DNA of 64,000 bases, from the NCBI GenBank assembly GCA_963749495.1, contig CAVVMW010000012.1, positions 352,001-416,000 on the forward strand, written 5' to 3'. Position 1 is the first letter of the stretch. Each line of letters begins with the position of its first letter. The notes beneath the pieces were generated by a model that worked only from the letters and a program-made list of their open reading frames with translations, was not told the DNA's origin and did no database searches. Positions 1 through 10,952 of the stretch are shown here, piece after piece. Both the position numbers and the translations under genes were made by a program. The stretch is from an uncultured bacterium. GTDB taxonomy: Bacteria > Verrucomicrobiota > Verrucomicrobiia > Limisphaerales > UBA8199.

Positions 1-3000
1 TGAATTTCGAGGAGACGCAGTTCACCTTTTACTTTGGAGCGGCGCCCGGCTCCTTGCCCGGCAAGATAGTCAGCGCCGACACCAATGACACGACGCCCCC
101 CCAGGTGGTGTGGACGTTGCCGCCGCAAGGCGCGTATCTGGATTGGGGCTCGGCCCTCATGGTGAGCTTCAGCAAAGCCGTGGATCCCTCCATCACCAAC
201 GGCCTGGGCATCGCCATTTCGGGTTCCACGGCCCCGTTGCACATCGAATTGTCGGACGATCAACTGGGGGCGCGCATTTACCCGGCCGACCTGCAACCGG
301 GCACCAACTACACGCTGACCATCAACAATTCCGTGAAGGACTTGAACGGCATTGGCCTGGACCAGGACCCGACGACGAGCACCCCGGACCCATTCAAACT
401 CGTGTTCAAGACGCCGCCCGCTCCCATTACCACCCTGCCCTTGCTAGGCCGGCCGGTTGGCACCTTGGTTTTCCAAACCCGCGCATTTACCCTGGACACC
501 TATGCCCCGAATGTGGGCCCTGCCATCGTCGTGCATCAACTGGGCGCTTCCATCTCGGTCCTGACCAATATCGTTCTGCCATCGCCCCCGCGCGCGATGA
601 CCCTCATCCCCGAGTACAACTTCGCGCGAGGCTACACTACCCCGGCGGAGTCCAAGCCGCTCCTGGTGGTCATTGGCGGGACCATCGGCACCGGCGGCGA
701 CGGACAATGGATACGCCTCTATGACATCTCCATGACCAATGAGGTCGATAGAATCGGGTCTGCCTTCCTGACGACGGACCAGGACAGCTCGGCGGCCAAC
801 GTGAAATTCAGCGCCCCGAATCTGTTCGTCCATATTTTTGGCGCGGGCGGCAGCTACATCCAGGTCATCAATCTCCAGGCGCTCATCCTCGGCTGCAACC
901 TGCCCTATGACACCACTCAATGGCCCACCAACGCCTTGCCCTACCAGATGATTTCCGGCGTTGACACCAACAACGACGGGGATTATACCGACCCTGGAGA
1001 AAAGCTCCCCATCCCGCAAAAGTACGGTCTCTTCGGGTTGGTCCAGAACCTGGTTGCCGCGCCCGGCCGCGACTTCACCGACTTCGATGTGCAGGGGGGC
1101 GGCGCCTTCCTCTCTGCGACGATGATGGGAGGCGGTGGCCACCCATCGCGCCTGCAGGTGATTCTGGATTCCGGCATGATGATCGGCGTGGGCGATGATG
1201 CGCTGGGCGCGTACGAATTCCCCAGCGACGTGAACGCGTTCCGTGTGGCGCTGGACCTGGACTTCCCGGTGCCCAATTCCATGGGCGGCAAGAAGATCCA
1301 TGCCGCGTTGGTTTCGGCCGGGCAGTTTCTCTACATTCTGGACCTGACGACGCCGCAAGCGCCCACGTTGCTCAATACCCTCAAGCTGGCTGATAACCCG
1401 GGCACGATCTCCAGCATCGTGCGCAGCGGCTCCGACGAATACACGATCGGCGCGGCCAATTCCGTGCTCGTGCTCCAGCGCTCACTCATGGCGCAGGACT
1501 TTGGGACCAACAACGTTCACCCCTCCGTGCGCCTGGCATCTCCCCTGCCTGCCTCGGGCCGCGCCTTGGGGATTTCGCCGGCCTATTACAGCGCCTGCGG
1601 CGGCCCGGGTGCGCACGGATGCCAACGGCTTGTTCACGCTCACGGGCGTGCCGTGCGGCAACTGCACCATCAGTGCCGGCCTGGAACGTAATCCCGATGC
1701 CGGCATCGATTTCCCCAGGTTCGGCTCCAGTACGCTCACGGTCCTGCAAGGAGTGGACAATTTTGTGGTCGTCAAGATCACCCCGGCCGGCCGCATTGTC
1801 GGAAACATCCTGCACGCCGATGGCACTCCTGCACCGAACGTGCAGGTCTCGATCCCCACGGAAGGCGGTTTCTATTGGACAATCGCGGACGGCCAGGGCT
1901 TTTACAAATTCGAGAATATGCCACTGGGGGGCTATCTCGTGAGTTCGCCCGGGCCGCCGACGGCGCAAACGGACACCTCGCAGTTGGCCGCGCAGATTGC
2001 CAGCGGGGACATGGACCAGATTATGGCGGCGATCAAGGAGGCCTACACAGTTTTTGTCGGCGCCAACGATCCGTTTCTCAACGGCCGGGGCGCCAGCTTC
2101 AACCCGGGGGCCTGGGGTTACACGCGGACCTCTCTGGACGCGGATGGGCAGACGGTCGTGGCGGATGTGCACGTTTCTGCCCCAGGGCTCGGTCACTGGG
2201 GTTGGGGCCGTGGCCTCCGCCACGCTCAGTTACGAGGGGCAGGTGACCCACGTGCAACTGGTCGAGCAATCCCGCGGGGAAATCCGCGGCATGGTGCTCA
2301 ACAGCTATGGCACCGGTTGCGTCCCAGGCGCCATCGTGACCCTCAATGTGTCCGATGGCATGAGCCCCCCGGACGGTCACGACCGGGCCGGATGGCCGGT
2401 TCGACTTCCCCGGCACGCCGGCGGGCCAGTTCTCGCTCCAGGCCGTAGATTCCGTTACCCGCCTCAACGGCCAAGTGTCTGGACTGTTGCCTGACAACAC
2501 CCCGGTCATGGATGTCACCATTTCGTTGCAGCCGTTGGCCACGATCGCCGGCCAGGTCTTTCTCCCGGACGGCATCACCCCCGCTACGAATGCCACGGTG
2601 ACCCTCGGCCGCTGGAGCTCGGACACAGACATCAACGGCCGGGTAAGCTTTGTCGATCTGCCGCTCAGCTCCCATCAAGTCACGGCACAGGCCCTGGCCA
2701 CGGACCAATCGCACAGCTTCGCTTCGACCAGCGTTTCCCTCACCTCCGCGGGCCCGGCGCCGGACTTCAGGCTGGTCCTGTCCGGAGTCGGCAGCGTCTC
2801 GGGCCGCGTGTTCGAGAGTGACGGCGTGACGCCCGCCGCCGGCATCGAAATTCGCATCGAGTTCCAAGGCGCGCCCTTTGCCGGCGCAAGCCAGAACTCG
2901 GCGACCTCCCCGAGCGGCACATTCCAGTTTGGCAATGTGGCGCTGGGCCCGTATCGGTTAGTGTCCGAACAAGCGGCCCTGGCTGCGACCTTCAACGGCA

Positions 3001-6000
3001 TCATCCTCACCAATGGGCAGGCCGACATGGCGCAACTGACGCTCTCCGCTAACGGCGCGGTGGTGGGCCGTGTGGTCCGGGCCGACCAAACCACGCCTGT
3101 GAGCGGCTCCAAGTCATCCTGTTGTTCCAGTCTCAAACGTCGTCCCCGGGCAGCGCGTTGGCGCTAACCGGGCCGGACGGCAGTTTTGGCTTCTATAGCG
3201 TCCCGCTGGGACCCTTCACCCTCAAGATGGCCGCCATTGACTTCTCCGGCATTGCCCACCTTCAGTCCGCGCTTACGGTCAATGGCCAAACGAATGACCT
3301 CGGCGTTATCGTGCTCGATGAGGACGACCCCGTCGTCGTGGAGGTCATACCGGCCGACAACGCGGTGGATGTGCCGACCACCAACTCGATCGATCTGTTC
3401 TTCAGCAAGGCGCTCGACGCCAGCACGGTCACGCCGCAGGGCATCTTCTTGCGCTACGACACCAACCCGGTCCCTGCCACCGTGCAGTTGCTGCCCGACC
3501 CAACCAATGGCATCCTTCGCCTGGTCCGCCTCACCCCCTCGACCCGCTTGCTCAGCCAGAAGACCTATAGCCTCGTCGTCATCAGCGGGACCTGGACCGA
3601 CGGCCTCGGCCACAACGCACAAGGGCCCGCCGACCCGATGGGCCGCATCCTGCCGGCCCCCTTCAGGTCGAGCTTCACCACGGCGGACAATGACCCGCCA
3701 GTGCTGCTTTCCATGTCCCCGGCCGATGGGGACGTGCAGATTGACCCGCTGGCGGTCATGCGTTTGTCCTTCAACGAAGCGATTCAAAGCTCCGGCTACA
3801 CCGTCTCGCTCATCGGCCCGGCGGGGCCAGTGGCCGGCACAGCAGCGGTCGGCCTCAACGGGCTGGTCCTGGCGTTCACGCCCGCCGCAGCCCTCGAGCC
3901 AAACGCCCTTTACACGCTGACAGTGGACGGGATCCAGGACCTGGCCGGCAACCTGGCGACCAACCAGCCATTCACCGCTACGTTCGCGACGATCGATACG
4001 ATCGGCCCAAGCATCGCGGCGCTGCGAGTGGCGGATGGACGCTCGCCTGTCGCCGGCCCGCCCGTGCCGGTGGAGGCGGTCCTGGCGGGCAATGAATCTC
4101 GAGTGAGCGTCCGCTTCACCCAGGACCTGGCGCCCGTGGGCGTCGCTACCAACCCGCCTTACCGGGCCACCGTGACGCTGCCGATGTCGGGCTCTACGAC
4201 GGTCCGGGCCATCGCCACGGATCGCTATGGCAACGACGGGCCCCTCGCCGAGTTGATCATCAATGTGCTCTCCAACCAGCCGCCCACCGTGACGCTGGTC
4301 CGCACGGATGCAAGCGGCAGCACCGTCACCAACGGCCAGACGTTCGTCCTGCGCGTCACCTCCGCCGACGATGACGTGGTCACCAACGTGACCTTGGTCG
4401 GCCTGGGAGCCGTCCCTTTTGCAGCCAGCTACCCGGACGGCCAGGCGCATTCGGTGCAGCTTACCGTCTCCAACATCGCCCCCAGCCGGCGCCACGCTCC
4501 AGTTCCTGGCCCGGGCCACCGACAGCGTCGGCCAAAAGTCGAGCCAGGCGGAACTCGACCTGACGGTCGTGGACACGGTGGCCCCGAGTTTGAGCCTCCT
4601 GAGTCCGCCGCCCAATGCATTGCTGGACCCGGCGCAGCCGCTGACCCTTACGGTGGCCTCTTCGGACAATAGCGGGGTTTACACTCTGGATTTGGCGGTC
4701 AGCGGGGATCTGTCGGCCACGCAACACGTGGCCATCGCTGCGGCGCCCAATGCGCCTTCTACCAATCTATTTGCCATCCCGCTCACCGGGGCGGTGCTGG
4801 ATGGACGCGGCCTGACCGTGACCGTCAAAGCCGTGGACGGCGCACTCAACGCCAGCCAAGTGATCTGGAACTTCGGGTTGCCGGACCGCAAGCCGCCTTT
4901 CCTCACCGGGATTGCACCTGCCAACGGGGCCCAGAGGCAACCGATCTGGCTCGGCCAGATCGCGCTCCAGTTCAACAAGCCGATAGCCACCAACAGCGTG
5001 TCCACTAACAGCATCATCTTCACCAACAGCCTCGGGAGCGCCGGTGCTTATCAAGTGGCCGTTGCCGCCGATCCGTCCACCGTCCTCATACTCCCCGCCT
5101 CCCTGCCGCTCAAGCCCGGCTTGACTTACACCTGCCGCGCCCTCCCCCTCATCACCGACCTGGCGGGTAATCACCTGGCCGCCGATACCAATGGCACGCC
5201 ACTCCCCGCCGATGGCCTGGCCTCGACCTTCACCACGGCCGCCATCCTGGGCACGACTCCCGCCAACGGCACGCGGTTCGTCGCGGGTCAGCACGTGGCG
5301 GTGGGCCTCCAGTATGAGCCTGGTTTGGGCGCGGCCTTCTTCCGCGTCCAATGGAGCACCAACCCGCCGGCGACCGTTCCCGCCGGAGTCACCAATGCGA
5401 CCGCTGTCATCCAATTGCCCACCAACGCGGTTAGCGGCGCCCTGCATTTGTGGGCCAGCGCGGACAGCACGTTCGCCCAGGCCTTGAGCCTGCCTGACAT
5501 TACCCTGAATGTTTCGCCTTATGGGAGTGACGCTCCGCCAATCGCCGGCCTGCCCATCACGCTCCCGACTCTGGCGTTCAATGGCACGAACGACTATGCG
5601 GATGCCGCCTACTCCGCCGGCAGCCTCCTCTTCAACCTCTCCAGCCAGTTTACTTATGAGCTGTGGGTCAACCCGGACTCCGCCGGCCCGCTCATCGAGC
5701 GCCAGCAGTGCAACTCGGCGTGGGCCTCCGCGGAACTGGCTCTGGAGGGAGATTCGACGACCAATCTCAGCATCAGTCTCAACCTCAATTACGCCAACGG
5801 CGATTCCTACACCACGTTCACTACCCTCGCCCTGGTTCCGCTGGACCGTTGGTCTCATATCGCGGCCACCTATGACCACAATGCCCAGTCGGTCAACATT
5901 TATCTGGATGGTTCCAACGTACTGACCGGCAGTTACAGCCAAACTCTCTGGCTGCCCCCCACCCCGCTCTGGATCGGCGGCGTGCCCAAGCCATCGGGCG

Positions 6001-6131
6001 GCTGTTGGGAGAGCTACTTCGAGGGGAGCATTCGCGAGGTTGCCGTCTGGAACTCCGCCCGCAACCAGAACGATATCCAGAATGATATGGACCTGGGCCT
6101 GGCGGGCAAGGAGCCGAACCTGGTGGGCTAG
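1..6131 (+). pseudogene. 3' part of a giant exported repeat protein (Big_5-type Ig domains, carboxypeptidase-regulatory-like repeats, LamG domain), broken into several frames and truncated by an IS
   Basis: Frame is open from the window start. Successive ORFs 54-1691, 1501-2448, 1997-2494, 2475-3167, 3122-4672 and 4419-6131 carry the same repeat types (DxxPPxV...P.dGa..V...FSe.ld; G.i.GrV...DG.tP; W.HIAATYD...YLDG...F.GSI.EV.VWN.AR). The TAG at 6129-6131 uses the first G of the IS end. Confidence 0.85.
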
Positions 6132-6240
6132 TAACTACTCAGGTCCGAGCGGGGCCGGCTGAACAGCGGCGGAGAGAGAGGCCGCAAAATACTTTGATTT
6201 TGTACGGGACTCCCCCAAATCCACCTGGTAATCTGGGCGC

Positions 6241-7128
6241 GTGCTCGAAGCCGAAATCATTCAAGGCCGCAAAATCAGTAACGTCCAGATCGGCGAGATT
6301 AGGGCCTTGATTGAGGCCCATCCGCTTTGGAGCCGCTGGCGCTTGTCGCAGGTGTTGGCTCAGCGATGGCAATGGTATTCGGCCTCCGGCCAGCTCAAAG
6401 ACATGGCGGCTCGGACGCTGTTACTCAAGCTGCAGCGGCGCCAACTCATTGCACTGCCGGAACGCCGGCGAATGCCGGTTGGACGAGGTCCGCTGCTGAG
6501 TCTTGAGCTTTTTGACTCAGTGGTTCCTGAGCCGATCCGGGCGGACTTGTCTTCGCTGCTGCCCCTGGAGGTGCAAGTGGTCCGCCCCAGGCATCCGGAC
6601 TATCCTCGGTTTCAGCGGTATTTGGCCCGGCACCATTACCTGAGCTATGGCGGCCCAGTTGGGGAGAACCTGGGCTATTTGATTAGGAGTTGCGCGGGAG
6701 CGGATCTGGCGTGCCTGCTCTTTGGAGCGGCGGCCTGGCAGTGCGCGCCTCGCGATCGGTGGATCGGTTGGTCGGCCCAGCAACGGGCTGCCGGCTTGCC
6801 GTTGATCGCCAACAATAGCCGGTTCCTGATTTTGCCTTGGGTTGGAGTCCAGCGTCTGGCCAGCCACATTCTTGGTCGAATCGCCCAGCGGATCGATGCC
6901 GACTGGCAAGCGCGCTACCATCATCGTCTTTACCTGCTGGAGACCTTTGTGCAACCGGACCGCTTCCGGGGCACCGCTTACCAGGCGGCCAACTGGATTC
7001 GGGTGGGCCAAACCCGCGGACGAACCCGCCAGAATGAGCGGCACCGGGACAATCAGGTCCATGCGCCTTGCAAGGACATTTACCTTTATCCTTTAACTGC
7101 AGATGTGCCTGGCCAACTCTGTGATTAA
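6241..7128 (+). CDS. DUF4338 (DruA-like domain) protein inside the IS
   Basis: 295 aa; motifs HHYLxY...GExLxY, RDRWIGW, NNSRFLILPWV...LASHIL, LETFV...GTxYxAANW..VGxTxGR. Confidence 0.85.
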   Translation: MLEAEIIQGRKISNVQIGEIRALIEAHPLWSRWRLSQVLAQRWQWYSASGQLKDMAARTLLLKLQRRQLIALPERRRMPVGRGPLLSLELFDSVVPEPIRADLSSLLPLEVQVVRPRHPDYPRFQRYLARHHYLSYGGPVGENLGYLIRSCAGADLACLLFGAAAWQCAPRDRWIGWSAQQRAAGLPLIANNSRFLILPWVGVQRLASHILGRIAQRIDADWQARYHHRLYLLETFVQPDRFRGTAYQAANWIRVGQTRGRTRQNERHRDNQVHAPCKDIYLYPLTADVPGQLCD

Positions 7129-8539
7129 AGACCGCAACGGGCTCATGGCGTTGGGCCGGGCCGACTTGGCTGGATTGGTTGACTACACTTTGGAGTTACA
7201 AGCCGAGAATGCCCGCCTGCGGGACGCGGCCTCCCAGAATAGCGGTAACAGTTCGCGCCCTCCTTCCACGGACGGCCCCGAAAAGCCCAAACCCAAGAGC
7301 CTGCGAAAAAAGTCCGGGCGCCCCTCCGGCGGTCAACCCGGCCATCCCGGTCGCACCCTCCAACCCAGCCAAAAGCCCAAGCACATCCAGATTCATCCGC
7401 TGCTGGAGTGTGGGTGCGGCGAGGATCTTTCCCAGGAACCGGCGGTGGATTTTGAGCCTCGCCAAGTCTTCGACTTGCCCACGCTGACCTTGGAATGCAC
7501 CGAGCATCGAGCCGAAATCAAAGAGTGCCCCATCTGCGGGCGAACCTGCCGGGCTGATTTTCCGGTCGACATTAAAGCCCCGGTCCAATACGGGAAGAAC
7601 TTTCGCGCCTTGCTGACCTACCTCTACGACGCCCAAGAGGGGGCCAGCCGCCGCATCCGCGAAATGGGCCAGGAGATGTTCGGCTTTGCCGTCAGTGAAG
7701 GCACCCTGCAAAGCGCTCGCCAAGAACAATACCAGGGGCTGCAACCTTTTGAAGAGCGCCTGGTGGAAATCCTGCCCCAAGAACCCATTCTCCACGGCGA
7801 CGAAACCAGCGTGCCCATCAACAAGGTCACCCATTGGCTGCACGTCATTTGCACGCCCCTGCTGACGTTTTTGAGCGTCCAACTCACCCGAGGCAAAGAG
7901 GCGATGCAAGCCATGGGCGTCATCCCCCGATTCAAGGGTTGGTTGATGCATGACTTCCACGCCAGCTACTTAACCTTTGAGAACTGCCTTCACACCTTCT
8001 GCAAAAGCCACCTGATGCGCGAATTGGTGTTCCTCTTTGAGCAACACCACCAACAATGGGCCAAAGACCTTTACGACCTCTTCCTGGAGATGTTGAAGTG
8101 CGTCAAGGATCGAAAGGCTCGGGATGCACCCTTGACGCCAGCCGAGGTGGACCGGTGGTATCAGCAATACAGGAAGGTAATACGCGCTGGCCGCCAAGCC
8201 AATCCGCTCACCCCGGAGCAAATGAAGAAAAAGCGCCCCAAGCAATCCAAAGAACAGAACTTATTGGATCGGCTCCAGGGCTGCGATGAATGCATTCTGG
8301 CATTCCTGTCGAACTTCACATTGCCCTTTACCAACAACGAAGCCGAACGCGACTTCCGCATGATCAAGGTCCGGGTGGAGATATCTGGCTGCTTTCGCAC
8401 TCTGGAAGGCGCCCGTTGTCACGCACGCATCCGTAGTTACATCGCGACCCTGCGCAAGCACGGCCTGCCGGTGCTCGAACACCTCCGCAACACCCTCGAC
8501 GGTCATCCCTTTCTGCCGGTGGGATCCAAAACGCCCTGA
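7103..8539 (+). CDS. IS66-family DDE transposase (TnpC-like); start may be GTG 7121
   Basis: NSxNSSxPPSxD, GGQPGHPG, Cys-rich zinc-finger region, HGDET, HDF..Y, FTNNEAERDxR..KV...ISG.FR; stop lies inside the right inverted repeat. Confidence 0.93.
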   Translation: MCLANSVIKDRNGLMALGRADLAGLVDYTLELQAENARLRDAASQNSGNSSRPPSTDGPEKPKPKSLRKKSGRPSGGQPGHPGRTLQPSQKPKHIQIHPLLECGCGEDLSQEPAVDFEPRQVFDLPTLTLECTEHRAEIKECPICGRTCRADFPVDIKAPVQYGKNFRALLTYLYDAQEGASRRIREMGQEMFGFAVSEGTLQSARQEQYQGLQPFEERLVEILPQEPILHGDETSVPINKVTHWLHVICTPLLTFLSVQLTRGKEAMQAMGVIPRFKGWLMHDFHASYLTFENCLHTFCKSHLMRELVFLFEQHHQQWAKDLYDLFLEMLKCVKDRKARDAPLTPAEVDRWYQQYRKVIRAGRQANPLTPEQMKKKRPKQSKEQNLLDRLQGCDECILAFLSNFTLPFTNNEAERDFRMIKVRVEISGCFRTLEGARCHARIRSYIATLRKHGLPVLEHLRNTLDGHPFLPVGSKTP

Positions 8540-9004
8540 GTAGTTACGTTTTTTTCAGCCCCCGGTTGGCCCCCCCCAAACCGCTGTTCTCGTTGCGCGC
8601 GAAGCGGCGAAACTCCGCGATTAGCTGCCTCGATAGGCGGTCCGACTTCTCGCCAGCACGAGATGCGCCCGTCCGCCCGGCCAGAGGATTCTGGCGGCAT
8701 GGTCGGGATGCGGCCGTTTCCTCGCCGCTCGGCACTGGCGTCCGGATGCCCTCGAACCGGGGTTTAATCACACCCTATTCACCGGCTAATGACCGGGGCC
8801 TGCGAAGAGCTTTCCCGCAGTCTCGGGGGGCGCGGCCAGGATATTCACTCCGGAAGCGATGGAGCGCGAGGCGCCGGCAGCATCCCGTGGAGGGTTAGTG
8901 ACAAGCTATTCGCTTGATATTCACGGGGATTCGGATGCGATTTGCCACCATTTTCACCGGTCCCAGCCCGGATGTTCACATCCGGGCTACTGCAGGGCGC
9001 GCCT

Positions 9005-9075
9005 CAGAGGGCGGAGGACAGAGGACAGAGGACAGAGATTAGGCGCCGAAACTGTGGACTGTGGACTGTGGACTG
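9005..9075. repeat. Heptamer tandem repeats (GAGGACA)n then (CTGTGGA)n
   Basis: Read directly; the CTGTGGA unit recurs inside dnaE. Confidence 0.85.
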
Positions 9076-9177
9076 CCCGCCCCTGTTACGCTTTGGTGAC
9101 AACCTGTTCACCGGATATTTGCCGGGCTTTGAATGCGGCGGGCTTGCATTTTGGGCGGCGGCGGCCAAGGTATTGCC

Positions 9178-10737
9178 ATGCGCTGGCGGGCCAAGTTGTT
9201 CACAGGCCTGGTCCCATTTTTCGCGGCGGCGAACCTGTTTGCCGCCGGCAGGGCCTCTCACCTGGTCCTGGTCGTCTGGGACGGGATGCGCCCGGATTTT
9301 GTCACCGAGCAGAACTGTCCCACCCTCTGCGAACTGGCCCGAGACGGGGTGACCTTCAAGAACCATCACCCGGTCTATATCAGCACGACCGAAGTCAACG
9401 GGACCGCCCTGGCAACGGGCGTGTATCCGGGCCAAAGCGGCATTGTTGGGAACAAGGAATACCGGCCCGCCATCAACGCGACGAACCGGATTGCGACTGA
9501 GTCCCTGGCGGCCGTCCGGGCGGGAGACAAGCAGACGGACAACCATTACCTGGCTTACCCGACGGTGTGCGAGATCCTTCACGGCAAGGGCTTGCGCACG
9601 GTCATCGCGGGGGCCAAGGGCGTGGCCGTGCTCCACGACCGCTGCGCCCGCACCGACGAGAGCCTGGGCGCCACGCTTTTTGCCGGGAGCACGCTGCCGG
9701 AGGCGCTGGCCGCCCGGCTCACCGCCCGGCTCGGCCCGGTGCCCAATGCTATCCTCTCCGGTGCCGCGCGGGATGCCTGGACCACTAGCGCGCTGACAGG
9801 CCCGCTCTGGGAAAAGGGCGTGCCGGCGTTCTCGGTGCTCTGGCTGAGCGAGCCGGATCTGACCCAGCATGTGCTCGGACCGGGGTCGCCCTCGGCCTTG
9901 GCCGCGATTCAGAGCTCGGACCGGAATCTGGCCCGGCTCCTGGCGGCGCTTTCAACTCAGGGGCTGCGCGAACAGACCAACGTCATTGTCGTTTCCGACC
10001 ATGGCTTTTCGACCATTGACCGGACCACGGGCGTGGCCCTCGTGCTCAAGGGGCATGGATTCCGGGCTTATCAAGCCTTTTCGGGCCAGGGCCCCAGCCA
10101 GGGTGATATCCTGGTCGTGAGCAACGGCGGTTCGGTCTTCCTCTACGTCATCGGCGGCGAACCGGACTTGGTCGAGCGGGTGGCGCATTTTCTCCAGGAG
10201 CAGCCGTTCTGCGGTGTAGTCTTCACACGGCTGCCGGTCGAGGGCGCCTTCCGCCTCGATCAGGCCGGGCTCGATGCCCCCACCGCGCCTGACATCGTTC
10301 TGTCGCTGCGCTGGAGACCCGCCCCCAACCGATATGGCACCCCGGGGCTAATCTGCCAGGACCAGGCCGGCTACATCCCCGGCCAGGGGATGCACGGCAG
10401 CCTCAGCCGCTTCGACATGCACAACACCTGCATCGCCGCCGGGCCGGATTTCCGCAAGGGCTTCGCGGACGACTTGCCCACGGGCAACATCAATATTGCC
10501 CCCACCATCCTGTGGCTCCTGGACGCCCGGCCCGCCCGGACGCCCTCGGGCCGTGTCCTGCGCGAGGCCCTGCTCGACCCGCCCGATACAGCGCCCGCCC
10601 CGCCACCCGCCCTCGAGTCTCACCGCATCGAAGCCGCCTTTCGCGGGAGCAACTTCACCTGGCGCCAGTACCTGGCCTATTCGATTGTGAACGGCACTCG
10701 TTACCTCGACCAAGGCAATGGCGAGCAGACGCCGTGA
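9178..10737 (+). CDS. Alkaline phosphatase superfamily (nucleotide pyrophosphatase/phosphodiesterase-like) protein with signal peptide
   Basis: VVWDGMRPD, Thr nucleophile region STTEVN, EPD..QH, VSDHGF, GMHGS. Confidence 0.88.
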   Translation: MRWRAKLFTGLVPFFAAANLFAAGRASHLVLVVWDGMRPDFVTEQNCPTLCELARDGVTFKNHHPVYISTTEVNGTALATGVYPGQSGIVGNKEYRPAINATNRIATESLAAVRAGDKQTDNHYLAYPTVCEILHGKGLRTVIAGAKGVAVLHDRCARTDESLGATLFAGSTLPEALAARLTARLGPVPNAILSGAARDAWTTSALTGPLWEKGVPAFSVLWLSEPDLTQHVLGPGSPSALAAIQSSDRNLARLLAALSTQGLREQTNVIVVSDHGFSTIDRTTGVALVLKGHGFRAYQAFSGQGPSQGDILVVSNGGSVFLYVIGGEPDLVERVAHFLQEQPFCGVVFTRLPVEGAFRLDQAGLDAPTAPDIVLSLRWRPAPNRYGTPGLICQDQAGYIPGQGMHGSLSRFDMHNTCIAAGPDFRKGFADDLPTGNINIAPTILWLLDARPARTPSGRVLREALLDPPDTAPAPPPALESHRIEAAFRGSNFTWRQYLAYSIVNGTRYLDQGNGEQTP

Positions 10738-10742
10738 GTCCG

Positions 10743-10826
10743 GACCTTTGTCGCAACCTTTGTCGCAGCCTTTGTCGGCGTGGCCAGGCCTCGACAAAGG
10801 CACCGACAAAGGCTGCGACAAAGGTC
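10743..10826. repeat. Palindrome of 12-mers (CCTTTGTCGCAg)x3 / (cTGCGACAAAGG)x3
   Basis: Starts 6 nt after the phosphatase stop; second copy at 57900-57990. Confidence 0.88.
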
Positions 10827-10952
10827 TGGGATCGGAAGTTCCAGGTGAATCCTGCCAGCCGCTCTTAAGGGCCAGGGGCTAAGGGACAAAAGGGACGATA
10901 GGGACTTCGTTCGGGCTTCCACAACTGCTCAGGTTCTAATACTCTGGGAGCT

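Larger units (their letters stand above)
6131..8547 (+). mobile_element. IS66-family-like insertion sequence with two ORFs (DUF4338 protein and transposase)
   Basis: Perfect 13-bp terminal inverted repeats GTAACTACTCAGG (6131-6143) and CCTGAGTAGTTAC (8535-8547). GTAA ends are typical of IS66. Flanks GTGGGCTA and GTTTTTTT do not form a target duplication. Confidence 0.9.

Noticed and set aside
6241..7128. Druantia defence system
   Set aside because: Only the DUF4338 gene is present, inside IS ends; no DruE helicase or other components
8548..9000. Possible gene or ncRNA right of the IS
   Set aside because: No convincing ORF, motif or structure seen
10743..10826. CRISPR array (also the other tandem repeats)
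   Set aside because: Units are 7-12 nt with no unique spacers, and there are no cas genes
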